A stretch of DNA of 64,000 nucleotides from Moorellales bacterium (GTDB lineage Bacteria; Bacillota; DSM-521; Neomoorellales; SLTJ01): NCBI GenBank assembly GCA_049719955.1, contig JBNARC010000008.1, positions 26,131 through 90,130 of the forward strand, in the 5' to 3' direction. This document shows positions 11,573 to 20,251 of this stretch, in pieces (the stretch's first letter is position 1; each line of letters opens with the position of its first letter). The notes under the pieces are model-generated. The model searched no databases, was not told the DNA's origin, and saw nothing but the letters and a program-made list of their open reading frames with translations. The translations under genes and the position numbers were made by a program.

Positions 11573-12168
11573 TGCGGGAGTTGCTGGAATTGGTTTATTT
11601 GGGGTTCGTCCGGCCCCGGTCGGTCTTCAGGCGCATCCGGGAGGGCGTGCCCTGGTGGTGGGCGGCGGCGGTATTCGGAGGGGTACAGATCTTCGGTCAA
11701 ACTCTGGGGGCGATGAGCCTCGATGGTCTGCAGAGTTGTTTGGGCGGCGTCCTTGCCGAGATGCCGGAGGGCCTGCTCCGCTACGGGTGGGGGCTATATT
11801 TCCCTCTGGCCTTGGCGTACTGGTGGGTAAAGACGGCGGTTTGGCACCTGATGGCTGAGTTTCTGGGGGGCGAGGGGCGGGGTACCAACCTTTTCTTCAG
11901 CCTGGGGTTTGCCGGCCTACCCCTGACGGTAGGTTACGCCGGGGCGGGGCTGGTGCGTCTGGTGGGCGATGCTTACTGGCTGTTAGCCCCGGGCTTTTGG
12001 CTTCTGGCGGGATTGTGGACCCTGGGCCTAGAGGTAATGGCGGTGCAGGAGACGTACGGGTTGTCCGGAGGGCGGGCCCTCCTGGTGGTGGCGCTACCGG
12101 TTGTCGTCTTGGGAGGGCTGGGTCTGGTGGCGCTGGTTTCGCTGGGCCTGGCGTGGCAGGGTGGGTGA
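11572..12168 (+). CDS. Yip1-like polytopic membrane protein
   Basis: ORF 11527..12168. ATG 11572 preferred (TAATG overlap with the sppA stop, AGGAGGGG upstream). Five predicted hydrophobic helices. Confidence 0.5.
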   Translation: MRELLELVYLGFVRPRSVFRRIREGVPWWWAAAVFGGVQIFGQTLGAMSLDGLQSCLGGVLAEMPEGLLRYGWGLYFPLALAYWWVKTAVWHLMAEFLGGEGRGTNLFFSLGFAGLPLTVGYAGAGLVRLVGDAYWLLAPGFWLLAGLWTLGLEVMAVQETYGLSGGRALLVVALPVVVLGGLGLVALVSLGLAWQGG

Positions 12169-12359
12169 TAAAGTCAGGGGCACAGGGGCCTGACTGCCGC
12201 TCGGAAGGAAATACGATCCAGATTGGCGAATCGTAACCCCGACAGATTCGTTTGGCAAATGGGACGTCAACACCAACATCTTAAGCGTCCAGGCCGGCAT
12301 GATGGACGGGGAAGGAGGAGTTCGCGCGATCACAAAGTAAATAAAAGGAGTGGAAGCCT

Positions 12360-12842
12360 TTGGACCGCATGCCGTTACTAGCGCTCTTTCTACAAGCTAT
12401 ACCCGAAGGCCTGATACTGATTACCCTGGGGCTGGTGCTGGCGGGAGTTAGACCCCGGTTGGTTCCGGTCGGGGTGGTGGCGGTGGGCGAGAGTGTGGCC
12501 ATGTACTTTATCCGTAGCCTGCCCATACCGTTCGGGGTACATACTCTTTGCGGCTTGGGCATAATTGCCGCCGGGCTTCGGTTCTTGATGCCTCTGACCT
12601 GGCGGACGGCTTTCCTGGCCGCCGTCCTGGGCGGCATATCGGTGCTGGCCGCCGAGAGCCTGGGGTTACCGCTGGTTACCGCCCTGTTCGGGGTATCCCG
12701 AGAGGCGTTGCTGGCTAATGCCTGGCTACGGGTAACCCTACCCCTTCCCTACGAAGCGGCTCTGGCGGTGCTGGCCTGGGTTTGCTGGCGCCACCGGTGG
12801 TCGGTTCTGGCCCGGGATGAAGAAGGGAGAGGCGGACCCTAG
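12360..12842 (+). CDS. 5-TM membrane module; likely N-terminal sensor half of the downstream kinase, ending at an in-frame TAG
   Basis: TTG start with AAAGGAG 9 nt upstream. Five hydrophobic helices. Same reading frame as the 12855 ORF, separated from it by TAG plus 4 codons. Confidence 0.55.
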   Translation: MDRMPLLALFLQAIPEGLILITLGLVLAGVRPRLVPVGVVAVGESVAMYFIRSLPIPFGVHTLCGLGIIAAGLRFLMPLTWRTAFLAAVLGGISVLAAESLGLPLVTALFGVSREALLANAWLRVTLPLPYEAALAVLAWVCWRHRWSVLARDEEGRGGP

Positions 12843-12854
12843 GGGGCGAGGGTA

Positions 12855-13799
12855 TTGCCGGGTGGGGAGAGGCCAACGGAGAAGGCCAGAACTCATTTTT
12901 GGCTCCTTTTGTTGATACTTTGTCAGGCGATGTTTTTCTCCCTGAGCCACCTGGCGCGGTACCTAGAGCCCCTGTTTCCCGGCCTCCATCCGGCCTGTTG
13001 GGAAATAGGAGAAGGTATCCTGGTGGTGGCTACGGTAACCGCCTCCTTCGTGATTGTGCGCCGATTGGTGGAGGCGGCCCGAAGGGAGATAGAACTAGAG
13101 GCGCAGGCTGCCCAGATCGCCAGCCTGGGGGAATTGTTGCGCGCCCTGCGGGCCCAGCGCCACGACTTTATAAACCACGTGCAGGCGATTTACGGGCTGT
13201 TGCTGGAGGGCCAAGCCGACGAGGCCCTGCGTTACGTGCACTCCGTTTACGGCGAAGTGCGTCAGGCCGGCCACCTGTTGCAACTAGGGGAACCGGCGGT
13301 GATTGCCTTAGTGCAGGCCAAAATCAGCGCGGCCGAAGCCAAGGGGGTGCGGGTTACTCTGCGGGTGGATCCGGAGTTCCGTTACCTCCCGATTCCGACC
13401 AAAGATCTAAACCGGATAATAGGTAATCTTCTAGATAATGCCGTGGAGGCGGTAGGGGGTAAGACCGAGCCCCTTCAGCGGTGGGTAGATCTAGAACTTT
13501 CGGTAGACACCAATCACTTCGCCATCGCCGTGGCCAACGGCGGAGAGATACCGGGTGAAGTGGCCCGACACCTCTTTGAGCCGGGATTTACCACTAAGGC
13601 GGGAGGCGACCACGAAGGTTTAGGCCTTTATACGGTTAAGGCTCTGGCCGCCCGCTATGGGGGCTACCCCGAGGTAGAAAGCGGCAACGGAAAAACGGTA
13701 TTTCGCATAACTTTTGCGGCCAACCGGGAAAACAGCGGTGTCCGGCCGCCAGATGGCTTTACGGTAGCCCGGAACGGTCTGGTAAGAAACCGGCCATGA
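12855..13799 (+). CDS. sensor histidine kinase (2 TM + SpoOB-type H-box + GHKL ATPase)
   Basis: H-box RAQRHDFINHVQAIYGLL, N-box GNLLDNAVEA, G-box GLGLYTVKALAARYGG. Partnered with a LytTR regulator downstream. Confidence 0.8.
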   Translation: MPGGERPTEKARTHFWLLLLILCQAMFFSLSHLARYLEPLFPGLHPACWEIGEGILVVATVTASFVIVRRLVEAARREIELEAQAAQIASLGELLRALRAQRHDFINHVQAIYGLLLEGQADEALRYVHSVYGEVRQAGHLLQLGEPAVIALVQAKISAAEAKGVRVTLRVDPEFRYLPIPTKDLNRIIGNLLDNAVEAVGGKTEPLQRWVDLELSVDTNHFAIAVANGGEIPGEVARHLFEPGFTTKAGGDHEGLGLYTVKALAARYGGYPEVESGNGKTVFRITFAANRENSGVRPPDGFTVARNGLVRNRP

Positions 13800-13858
13800 G
13801 GCAGTAGCCGGCACCGTTGTTAATGATTAGCTAGACGGTCTTCCTCTCCCTGGGTGAT

Positions 13859-13894
13859 GCGGCGGGTTGGTGCGAGACTGCCCGCCGCTCTTTT
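13859..13894 (+). terminator. stem-loop plus U-tract between the kinase and regulator genes
   Basis: GCGGCGGG-N14-CCCGCCGC (8-bp stem) followed by tcTTTT. Confidence 0.45.
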
Positions 13895-13948
13895 CCCCCC
13901 TGGTGGGGGAGGGGGAGAGGACGGACCGGCGGTGGGAGGTATAGGCCC

Positions 13949-14695
13949 GTGCCCCTGCGTATAATGATTGTAGACGATAATCCCGGGGCAAGGGCGGTCT
14001 TGCGTCGCTGTGTGCGGGAGTTGCCCGAGGTGGAGGTGGTGGGGGAAGCAACGGGCGGGCAGGAGACGCTTATTAAGGCCCGGGAAGTGCGGCCGAACGT
14101 AATACTGCTGGACATTGACATGCCGGACACCGACGGATTGAGCGTGGCCCGACAGTTGGTGGAGGAGCACCCCGAGCTCTACCTCGTCTTTGTAACCGCC
14201 TATCCCGAGTACGCTCTGGAAGCCTTTCAGGTCTATGCGTACGATTACATAGTAAAGCCCATCGACGAGGAGCGGGTCAGGCGGACCCTTCGCCGCCTTC
14301 AGCAACAGCAGCAGGCGGTGGCGTCGGACCTCAACCTGGGAGAGATGGTGGCCGCTCTGCACCGACCCAATCGACTGGTGGTGCGTAACGGCCGGGAGTT
14401 GGTGTTTATTGATCCGGATCGCGTCATCTTCGTGGCGCGGGAGGGGCGAAAGACGGTCATATACACGCGGGACGGGCGCTACGAAACTACCGAAACCCTG
14501 GCCGAGATCGAGCAGCGGTTAGACCCTCACACCTTTTTCCGGTCGCACAAGTCCTACGTAGTGAACCTCAACCTGGTGGAACGGCTGGTGCCCTGGACCA
14601 ACGGTTCGTACCTGATTAAGTTCCGTGACAGCCGGCACGAAGCGGTGCTGTCACGCCATCAGGCTCGGGTTCTGGTGGAGCGGAGCCGACCCTAG
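13949..14695 (+). CDS. LytTR-family (AgrA/LytR-like) response regulator
   Basis: Receiver motifs MIVDDNPG and ILLDIDMPDTDG. C-terminal LytTR domain FFRSHKSYVVNLNLV. Confidence 0.9.
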   Translation: MPLRIMIVDDNPGARAVLRRCVRELPEVEVVGEATGGQETLIKAREVRPNVILLDIDMPDTDGLSVARQLVEEHPELYLVFVTAYPEYALEAFQVYAYDYIVKPIDEERVRRTLRRLQQQQQAVASDLNLGEMVAALHRPNRLVVRNGRELVFIDPDRVIFVAREGRKTVIYTRDGRYETTETLAEIEQRLDPHTFFRSHKSYVVNLNLVERLVPWTNGSYLIKFRDSRHEAVLSRHQARVLVERSRP

Positions 14696-14755
14696 GCCGA
14701 CTGTGCCAGCGGAGCGAAGCGGAGCGGAATATCCGCATCCGCGAGGTGAGGCTTC

Positions 14756-15175
14756 GTGGTGGACGCGGAATGCCCGGAATACTCCGGCAAGCCGGTGGTT
14801 CTGGTAGTGGATGACCAACCGGGTATCAGAGAGCTACTGTTCGAAGTGCTGCAGGATGCGCGGTGGGAAGTACGGCTGGCGGCCAACGCCCGGGAAGCCC
14901 TGACCGAGGTGGCGACCAATCCGCCGGCCTTGGCCATTATCGATTTACGGCTTCCCGGCATGAACGGCCTGGAACTACTGCGGGAGATGAGAAGACGGCA
15001 GTTCCGGGGGCAGGTGGTGGTGCTTTCCGCCTACAGTGACACCGATGCGGCGCTAGAGGCCAAGAATCTCGGAGCGGCCTACTGGTTCAGCAAACCGTTC
15101 GACTTGGATGAATTGGTGGGCGCGGTTGAAGAATTGCTTGGCGAAGCGCCGAAGAGGAGCGAGCTTACGTGCTGA
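14756..15175 (+). CDS. spo0F: single-domain receiver protein, Spo0F-like phosphorelay component
   Basis: VLVVDDQPGIRELL, AIIDLRLPGMNG, SKPFDLDEL. Stand-alone REC domain immediately upstream of fba-tal, as in B. subtilis. The symbol rests on synteny only. Confidence 0.65.
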   Translation: MVDAECPEYSGKPVVLVVDDQPGIRELLFEVLQDARWEVRLAANAREALTEVATNPPALAIIDLRLPGMNGLELLREMRRRQFRGQVVVLSAYSDTDAALEAKNLGAAYWFSKPFDLDELVGAVEELLGEAPKRSELTC

Positions 15176-15200
15176 GTTCCACCCCGGTGGAACTTTTTTT
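15176..15200 (+). terminator. intrinsic terminator after the spo0F-like gene
   Basis: GTTCCAC-cccg-GTGGAAC followed by TTTTTTT, starting 1 nt after the stop codon. Confidence 0.8.
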
Positions 15201-15265
15201 CTGCCCGGCAGGAATAGAGCTCGGAGTTAGCGAAAACATAGGTACTTGAAGGGGGCTCCTGGGCA

Positions 15266-15937
15266 ATGATCATTCCCGCCGTTACTTACCTAGCGGTAAG
15301 ATGTCCCGGCTGCGGACGCCTGCAGGTGAAACCGCTTTCGCTTTTTGCTTGCTACCGGGGCGGGGAGGTAGCGGTAAGTTGCAGTTGCCGGGCTCCCCTT
15401 TTTTCCTATAGTAGCGACGAAGACCGGTGCTTCCGGGTTTGGCTACAGTGTATCCTTTGCGAGGGGCTGCACCCCTTGCGGATCTCCCTGCGGGAGTTAA
15501 CGGAGTTGACGGTGGTATCTCTGGTCTGCGAGACTACCGGGGCGGAGGTGGCCCTGGTGGGGCCGCGGGAACGCCTGCGCCGGGCGGGTAAGGCGCAGGA
15601 GCGCCGGTTGCGGGAGCTAATTCGGGATTTAGGACAGGAAGAGTACTTCGCCAACCCGGAGGTAATGTACCGGGTGCTGCAGTACCTGCACCAGTTGGCC
15701 CTCTCCGGAAACCTTTACTGCCACTGTGGCAATAATGATATTGAGGTAGAAGTCTTCCCCGATCGGGTAGAGCTTCACTGTCCGGAGTGTCAGGCCAGTG
15801 GCTCGGTCATGGCCGAAACTCGCAAAGACCTAGCCGCCCTTCGCCGGATCCGGGAGATCGAACTGGTAGGCCGGGGCTTCCGGTGCCGTCAGGCCACCCG
15901 GAATCCGGGATCACCGGGGCGTTCCACGTCGGACTAG
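15266..15937 (+). CDS. hypothetical Cys-rich (zinc-ribbon-like) protein
   Basis: 223-aa ORF. Cys pairs CPGCG, CSC, CILCEG, CHCG, CPECQ. I do not recognise any family. Confidence 0.5.
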   Translation: MIIPAVTYLAVRCPGCGRLQVKPLSLFACYRGGEVAVSCSCRAPLFSYSSDEDRCFRVWLQCILCEGLHPLRISLRELTELTVVSLVCETTGAEVALVGPRERLRRAGKAQERRLRELIRDLGQEEYFANPEVMYRVLQYLHQLALSGNLYCHCGNNDIEVEVFPDRVELHCPECQASGSVMAETRKDLAALRRIREIELVGRGFRCRQATRNPGSPGRSTSD

Positions 15938-15949
15938 AGGTGGGCGAAG

Positions 15950-16804
15950 TTGGCGCTAACCGCGGCCGTTCCTCTGTTACGTAGGGCCCGCCAAGAGGGT
16001 TACGCCATCGGGGCTTTTAATGCCAGTAATCTGGAAAGCGTCCAGGCCATAGTAGCCGCGGCCCAAGAGGAGAGGGCGCCGGTAATCCTTCAGGTCAGCC
16101 AGGGAGCACTAAAGTACGGCGGCCTTCCCGGTTTGGGGGCTTTGGCCAGGGCGGTGGCGGACAGCGCCGGGGTGCCGGTGGCGGTACACCTGGATCACGG
16201 CACTGAGGTGGAGCTGATATGGCAGTGCCTGCGGGCGGGTTTTACCTCGGTAATGGTGGACGGCTCGCATCTGCCCCTGGCGGAGAATGCCGCGCTCACC
16301 CGGCGGGTGGTAGAGGTAGCCCACGCTTCGGAGGTATCGGTAGAAGCGGAGCTGGGCCGTATCCCCGGTACGGAAGAAGAAATTCGGGTGGAGGAGCGCG
16401 AGGCCTATTTTACCGACCCGGACGAGGCGGCCTGGTTTGTTAAACAGACCGGGGTAGACTCGCTGGCGGTGGCCATCGGTACGGCTCACGGTCGTTACCG
16501 GGGCGACCCGCGGCTGGACTTTTCCCGGCTAAGGGAAATCGCCGCCAAGGTGGAAGTGCCGCTGGTGCTGCACGGCTGCTCCGGCCTGGCCGACGAGGCG
16601 GTGCGGCAGGCCATCGCCTTGGGGGTGGCCAAACTCAACGTTGACACCGAGCTGCGTGAGGCCTTCGTGGGGGCGCTGCGTCAGGCCTTAGCCGAATGCC
16701 CGGGTGAGACCGACCCGCGCAAGCTCCTGACGCCGGCGCGCGAGGCAGTAAAGGCCAAGGTGCGGGAGAAGATCCGCCTCTTCGGGTCCTCGGGAAAGGC
16801 TTGA
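15950..16804 (+). CDS. fba: class II fructose-1,6-bisphosphate aldolase
   Basis: YAIGAFNASNLE, VPVAVHLDHG, PLVLHGCSG. Confidence 0.9.
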   Translation: MALTAAVPLLRRARQEGYAIGAFNASNLESVQAIVAAAQEERAPVILQVSQGALKYGGLPGLGALARAVADSAGVPVAVHLDHGTEVELIWQCLRAGFTSVMVDGSHLPLAENAALTRRVVEVAHASEVSVEAELGRIPGTEEEIRVEEREAYFTDPDEAAWFVKQTGVDSLAVAIGTAHGRYRGDPRLDFSRLREIAAKVEVPLVLHGCSGLADEAVRQAIALGVAKLNVDTELREAFVGALRQALAECPGETDPRKLLTPAREAVKAKVREKIRLFGSSGKA

Positions 16805-16825
16805 GCGGCCAAGGAGGGATTGGCA

Positions 16826-17476
16826 GTGCGCATATTCCTAGATACGGCCAACGTAGAGGAAATACGGGCGGCGGTTGAACTGGGCGTAATCTCCGGGGTG
16901 ACCACCAATCCCACCCTGGTGGCCCGGGAAGGACGGGACTTCCGGCAGGTGTTGCTGGAAATATGCGAGCTGGTAGACGGCCCGGTGAGTGCCGAGGTGG
17001 TCAGCACCGAGGCGGCGCAAATGGTGCCCGAGGCTCGGGAACTGGCCTCTTTGCATCCCAATATTGTTATTAAGGTGCCCATGGGCGCCGAAGGGCTGAA
17101 GGCGGTCAAGACCCTGAGCCGGGAAGGCATCCGCACCAACATGACCTTGATCTTCTCGGCCAATCAGGCGCTACTGGCGGCCTTGGCGGGCGCCACCTAT
17201 GTAAGCCCCTTTGTCGGCCGGCTGGACGACGTGGGACAGGATGGCCTAGAGGTGGTGGGCGATGCCGTGACCATATTCGCCCAGTACGGTCTGGAGACCG
17301 AAGTAATCGCCGCCAGCATCCGTCACCCGCAGCACGTGATAGCGGCCGCCCGCTTGGGAGCGGATATCGCTACCGTGCCTTTTGCGGTGTTGCAGCAGAT
17401 GCTTAACCATCCCCTCACCGAGGCGGGGATTCAACGCTTCCTACGGGATTGGGAAAAACTCAAGAACCGGGGTTAG
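16826..17476 (+). CDS. tal: transaldolase / fructose-6-phosphate aldolase (short type)
   Basis: ORF 16820..17476. GTG 16826 preferred (AAGGAGGG 7 nt upstream). [18 protein letters not shown], and Schiff-base lysine context IVIKVPMG. Confidence 0.9.
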   Translation: MRIFLDTANVEEIRAAVELGVISGVTTNPTLVAREGRDFRQVLLEICELVDGPVSAEVVSTEAAQMVPEARELASLHPNIVIKVPMGAEGLKAVKTLSREGIRTNMTLIFSANQALLAALAGATYVSPFVGRLDDVGQDGLEVVGDAVTIFAQYGLETEVIAASIRHPQHVIAAARLGADIATVPFAVLQQMLNHPLTEAGIQRFLRDWEKLKNRG

Positions 17477-17596
17477 AAGTTTATTTTCTCCTTCCTAGGG
17501 GATAAACTACTTGGTGTGAGGCCTTTGGTTTCAGGGTCCCTATCAAACCTCCCTTTTTCCCGGTAAAGGCGAATTGGTTTTCAGGAAAGGAGGCTA

Positions 17597-18922
17597 ATGC
17601 TTTCCTTGCAGGCCAGCGAGCTGGAAGGTAAGACGGTTGCCGAATTATATCGTATGGCCCGGGAACTGAACATTCCGGGGTATTACCGGTTACGAAAGAA
17701 GGAGTTGATTGAAGAAATCCTTAAGCTCAAATCCGAGAAGAACGAAGAGGTCAAAGCGGAGAAGAACGAGGTCGCCAAGGTCACGGCGGAAAGAAACCAC
17801 CTCTACGCTCAAGGGGTGCTGGAGATACTGCCGGAAGGGTACGGTTTTCTCCGACCGGTAAACTACCTTCCCAGCGAAGGCGACATTTACGTTTCCCCTT
17901 CCCAAATCCGGAGATTGGATCTGCGCACCGGCGATCTGGTAGGGGGCCAGATTCGGCCTCCCAAGGAAGGAGAGCGCTTCAGCGCCCTCTTGCGGGTGGA
18001 AAGCATCAACGGGGTGCCGCCGGAACAGGTAACCCGCCGGCTCTCCTTCGATGCCCTTACCCCCATCTTCCCTACCGAGCGCCTCACCCTGGAAACCCCG
18101 GACGCGGATATTTCCTGCCGCATGATCGACCTGATCGCTCCGCTGGGCAAGGGGCAGCGCGGTTTGATTGTGGCTCCGCCTAAGGCCGGCAAGACCGTTC
18201 TCCTGAAGAAGATCGCCAACGCCATTGCCCACAATTATCCCGAGGTAATCTTGATGATACTGCTCATCGACGAGCGCCCGGAAGAGGTTACCGATATGGA
18301 GCGCTCGGTGCGGGCGGAAGTGATCAGCTCCACCTTTGATCAGCCTCCGGAGAACCACGTGCGGGTGGCGGATATGGTGCTGGAGCGGGCCAAGCGCCTG
18401 GTGGAGCAGAAGAAAGACGTAGTTATCCTTATGGACAGCATTACCCGCCTGGCCCGCGCCCACAACCTAGTAGTACCTCCTAGCGGCCGCACCCTTTCCG
18501 GAGGTGTGGATCCGGCGGCCCTGCACAAACCTAAACGCTTTTTCGGAGCCGCCCGCAATGTGGAGGAAGGCGGTAGCCTCACCATAGTGGCCACCGCCCT
18601 GGTAGAGACCGGCAGCCGCATGGATGACGTAATCTTTGAAGAGTTTAAGGGTACCGGCAATATGGAACTGATTCTCGATCGTCGGTTGGCCGAGCGACGC
18701 ATTTTCCCGGCCATAGACGTAAAGCGTTCCGGTACCCGGCGGGAGGAGGCGTTACTCAGCCCGGAGGAGCTAGAGCTGATGTGGCACTTCCGGCGCGAAA
18801 CCAATGCCCTCAGTACGGTGGAAGTGACCGAGATGCTCATCGATGCCCTGCGTAAGACCCGGTCGAACCGGGACCTACTGCGGGCTTTACCCCACTTCTT
18901 CCCGGAAACCGCTCGTCTATAG
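17597..18922 (+). CDS. rho: transcription termination factor Rho
   Basis: Rho N-terminal domain ([13 protein letters not shown]), cold-shock-like RNA-binding domain, Walker [25 protein letters not shown]. Confidence 0.95.
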   Translation: MLSLQASELEGKTVAELYRMARELNIPGYYRLRKKELIEEILKLKSEKNEEVKAEKNEVAKVTAERNHLYAQGVLEILPEGYGFLRPVNYLPSEGDIYVSPSQIRRLDLRTGDLVGGQIRPPKEGERFSALLRVESINGVPPEQVTRRLSFDALTPIFPTERLTLETPDADISCRMIDLIAPLGKGQRGLIVAPPKAGKTVLLKKIANAIAHNYPEVILMILLIDERPEEVTDMERSVRAEVISSTFDQPPENHVRVADMVLERAKRLVEQKKDVVILMDSITRLARAHNLVVPPSGRTLSGGVDPAALHKPKRFFGAARNVEEGGSLTIVATALVETGSRMDDVIFEEFKGTGNMELILDRRLAERRIFPAIDVKRSGTRREEALLSPEELELMWHFRRETNALSTVEVTEMLIDALRKTRSNRDLLRALPHFFPETARL

Positions 18923-18942
18923 CTTTGCCGGCTTTCTTCGGT

Positions 18943-18971
18943 TTGCCTTCCGGCCAGGCCTGTGCTATAAT
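18943..18971 (+). promoter_or_regulatory. sigma-A-type promoter upstream of rpmE
   Basis: TTGCCT (18943..18948), 17-nt spacer ending in TGc, then TATAAT (18966..18971). Confidence 0.5.
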
Positions 18972-19020
18972 AGCTCGGCGAAAGCCCAGAATTCGTTACC
19001 GAAGTCAGGGGTGAACAGCC

Positions 19021-19224
19021 ATGAAGAAGGGGATTCATCCGCCTTATCAGAAGGCGCGGATAATCTGCGCCTGCGGCAACGTGATCGAGACCCGTTCCAC
19101 CAAGAAGGAAATGCACGTGGAAGTCTGTTCGCGCTGCCATCCCTTCTACACCGGGTCCCGTCAACAGGTGATCGTAGAGCGGGGCGGGCAGGTGGAGAAG
19201 TTCCGAAAGAAGTATGGGGTTTGA
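19021..19224 (+). CDS. rpmE: 50S ribosomal protein L31 (zinc-binding type)
   Basis: MKKGIHP..., with Cys pairs CACGN and [10 protein letters not shown]. Confidence 0.95.
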   Translation: MKKGIHPPYQKARIICACGNVIETRSTKKEMHVEVCSRCHPFYTGSRQQVIVERGGQVEKFRKKYGV

Positions 19225-20245
19225 AAGCTTGGCCAAGCCCATTGGGCGGAGCGCGAGCTCTGCTTTTTTCTTTTCTCTGCCGCGGCCCCAGGCCTTCGCC
19301 TACGGCGGGCAGGCGGTCATTGAGGGAGTGATGATGCGCGGCCCCCGGAGTTTTGCCGTGGCCGTGCGCCGGGGAGACGGGAGCATACTGGTTGACCGTC
19401 AGCTTCTTCCGGCCTGGGCGGCGCGTCGGGGGCCGGGAGGCTGGCCGCTGGTGCGCGGGGTGCTGGCTCTGGTGGAGGCGCTGGTGCTGGGCATCCGGGT
19501 GCTAAGCTTTTCCGCCGGCGTGGCGGCCGAGGGAGAGGGCGAGGAGCTGGGCAGGGGAGAAATGGCCTTGGCCCTCCTGCTGGCGGTGGGCCTGGCGGTG
19601 GGCCTGTTTGTGGTCCTACCCGCCCTGGCGGGGCACTGGAGTGCCGTCCGGCTCGGCCCTTGGGGCCAGAACCTCCTCGAGGGCGGCCTGCGTCTGGCGG
19701 TTTTCCTGGGTTATCTGGCGGCCATTGCCCGGTTGCAGGAAGTGCGCACCCTCTTTGCTTATCACGGGGCGGAGCACAAAGTGATCCACTGCTGGGAGGC
19801 AGGCGCCGGGCTGGATCCCGTGGCGGCCCAGGCCTTTCCCCGTTTGCACCCCCGGTGCGGCACCAGCTTCGTCCTTTTGGTAATGCTGGTGGCAGTCCTG
19901 CTTTATTCGCTTATTCCCGTATCCGGCCTCGCCGTCAGAATGGCGGTGCGGGTGGGGTTGCTTCCCCTGGTGGCCGGTTTGAGCTACGAGGTCTTGCGTT
20001 GGTCGGCGCGGTTACAGGACCGCTGGCCGGTAAGAATGCTCATCGCTCCGGGTTTGGGGCTACAGAAGATGACCACCCGCGAGCCCGATCGGGACCAACT
20101 GGAGGTAGCCGCAGCCGCCCTGGAGGCGGTACTGGCGGATGAGAATTCGGACGGAACTAAGGAGGTTTGCGACGGCCGTCCTTCTCGGCCCGGCTGTACG
20201 GAGCCAGGGGCGGCAGGAGAATCCGGCAGGGCTTCCGGGAGCTGA
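19214..20245 (+). CDS. DUF1385 family membrane protein
   Basis: [33 protein letters not shown]. The start is uncertain because a weak rpmE terminator-like hairpin and T-run lie at about 19246..19270. About 33 aa of non-conserved-looking C-terminal tail. Confidence 0.8.
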   Translation: MGFESLAKPIGRSASSAFFFSLPRPQAFAYGGQAVIEGVMMRGPRSFAVAVRRGDGSILVDRQLLPAWAARRGPGGWPLVRGVLALVEALVLGIRVLSFSAGVAAEGEGEELGRGEMALALLLAVGLAVGLFVVLPALAGHWSAVRLGPWGQNLLEGGLRLAVFLGYLAAIARLQEVRTLFAYHGAEHKVIHCWEAGAGLDPVAAQAFPRLHPRCGTSFVLLVMLVAVLLYSLIPVSGLAVRMAVRVGLLPLVAGLSYEVLRWSARLQDRWPVRMLIAPGLGLQKMTTREPDRDQLEVAAAALEAVLADENSDGTKEVCDGRPSRPGCTEPGAAGESGRASGS

Positions 20246-20251
20246 TAAGGG

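Noticed and set aside
12169-12359. 190-nt leader upstream of the 5-TM sensor module, examined for an AgrD-like peptide gene or riboswitch
   Set aside because: The only ORFs are a 27-aa highly basic peptide and a 13-aa peptide, neither with an RBS. A few 5-6 bp hairpins are present, but I recognise no riboswitch architecture.
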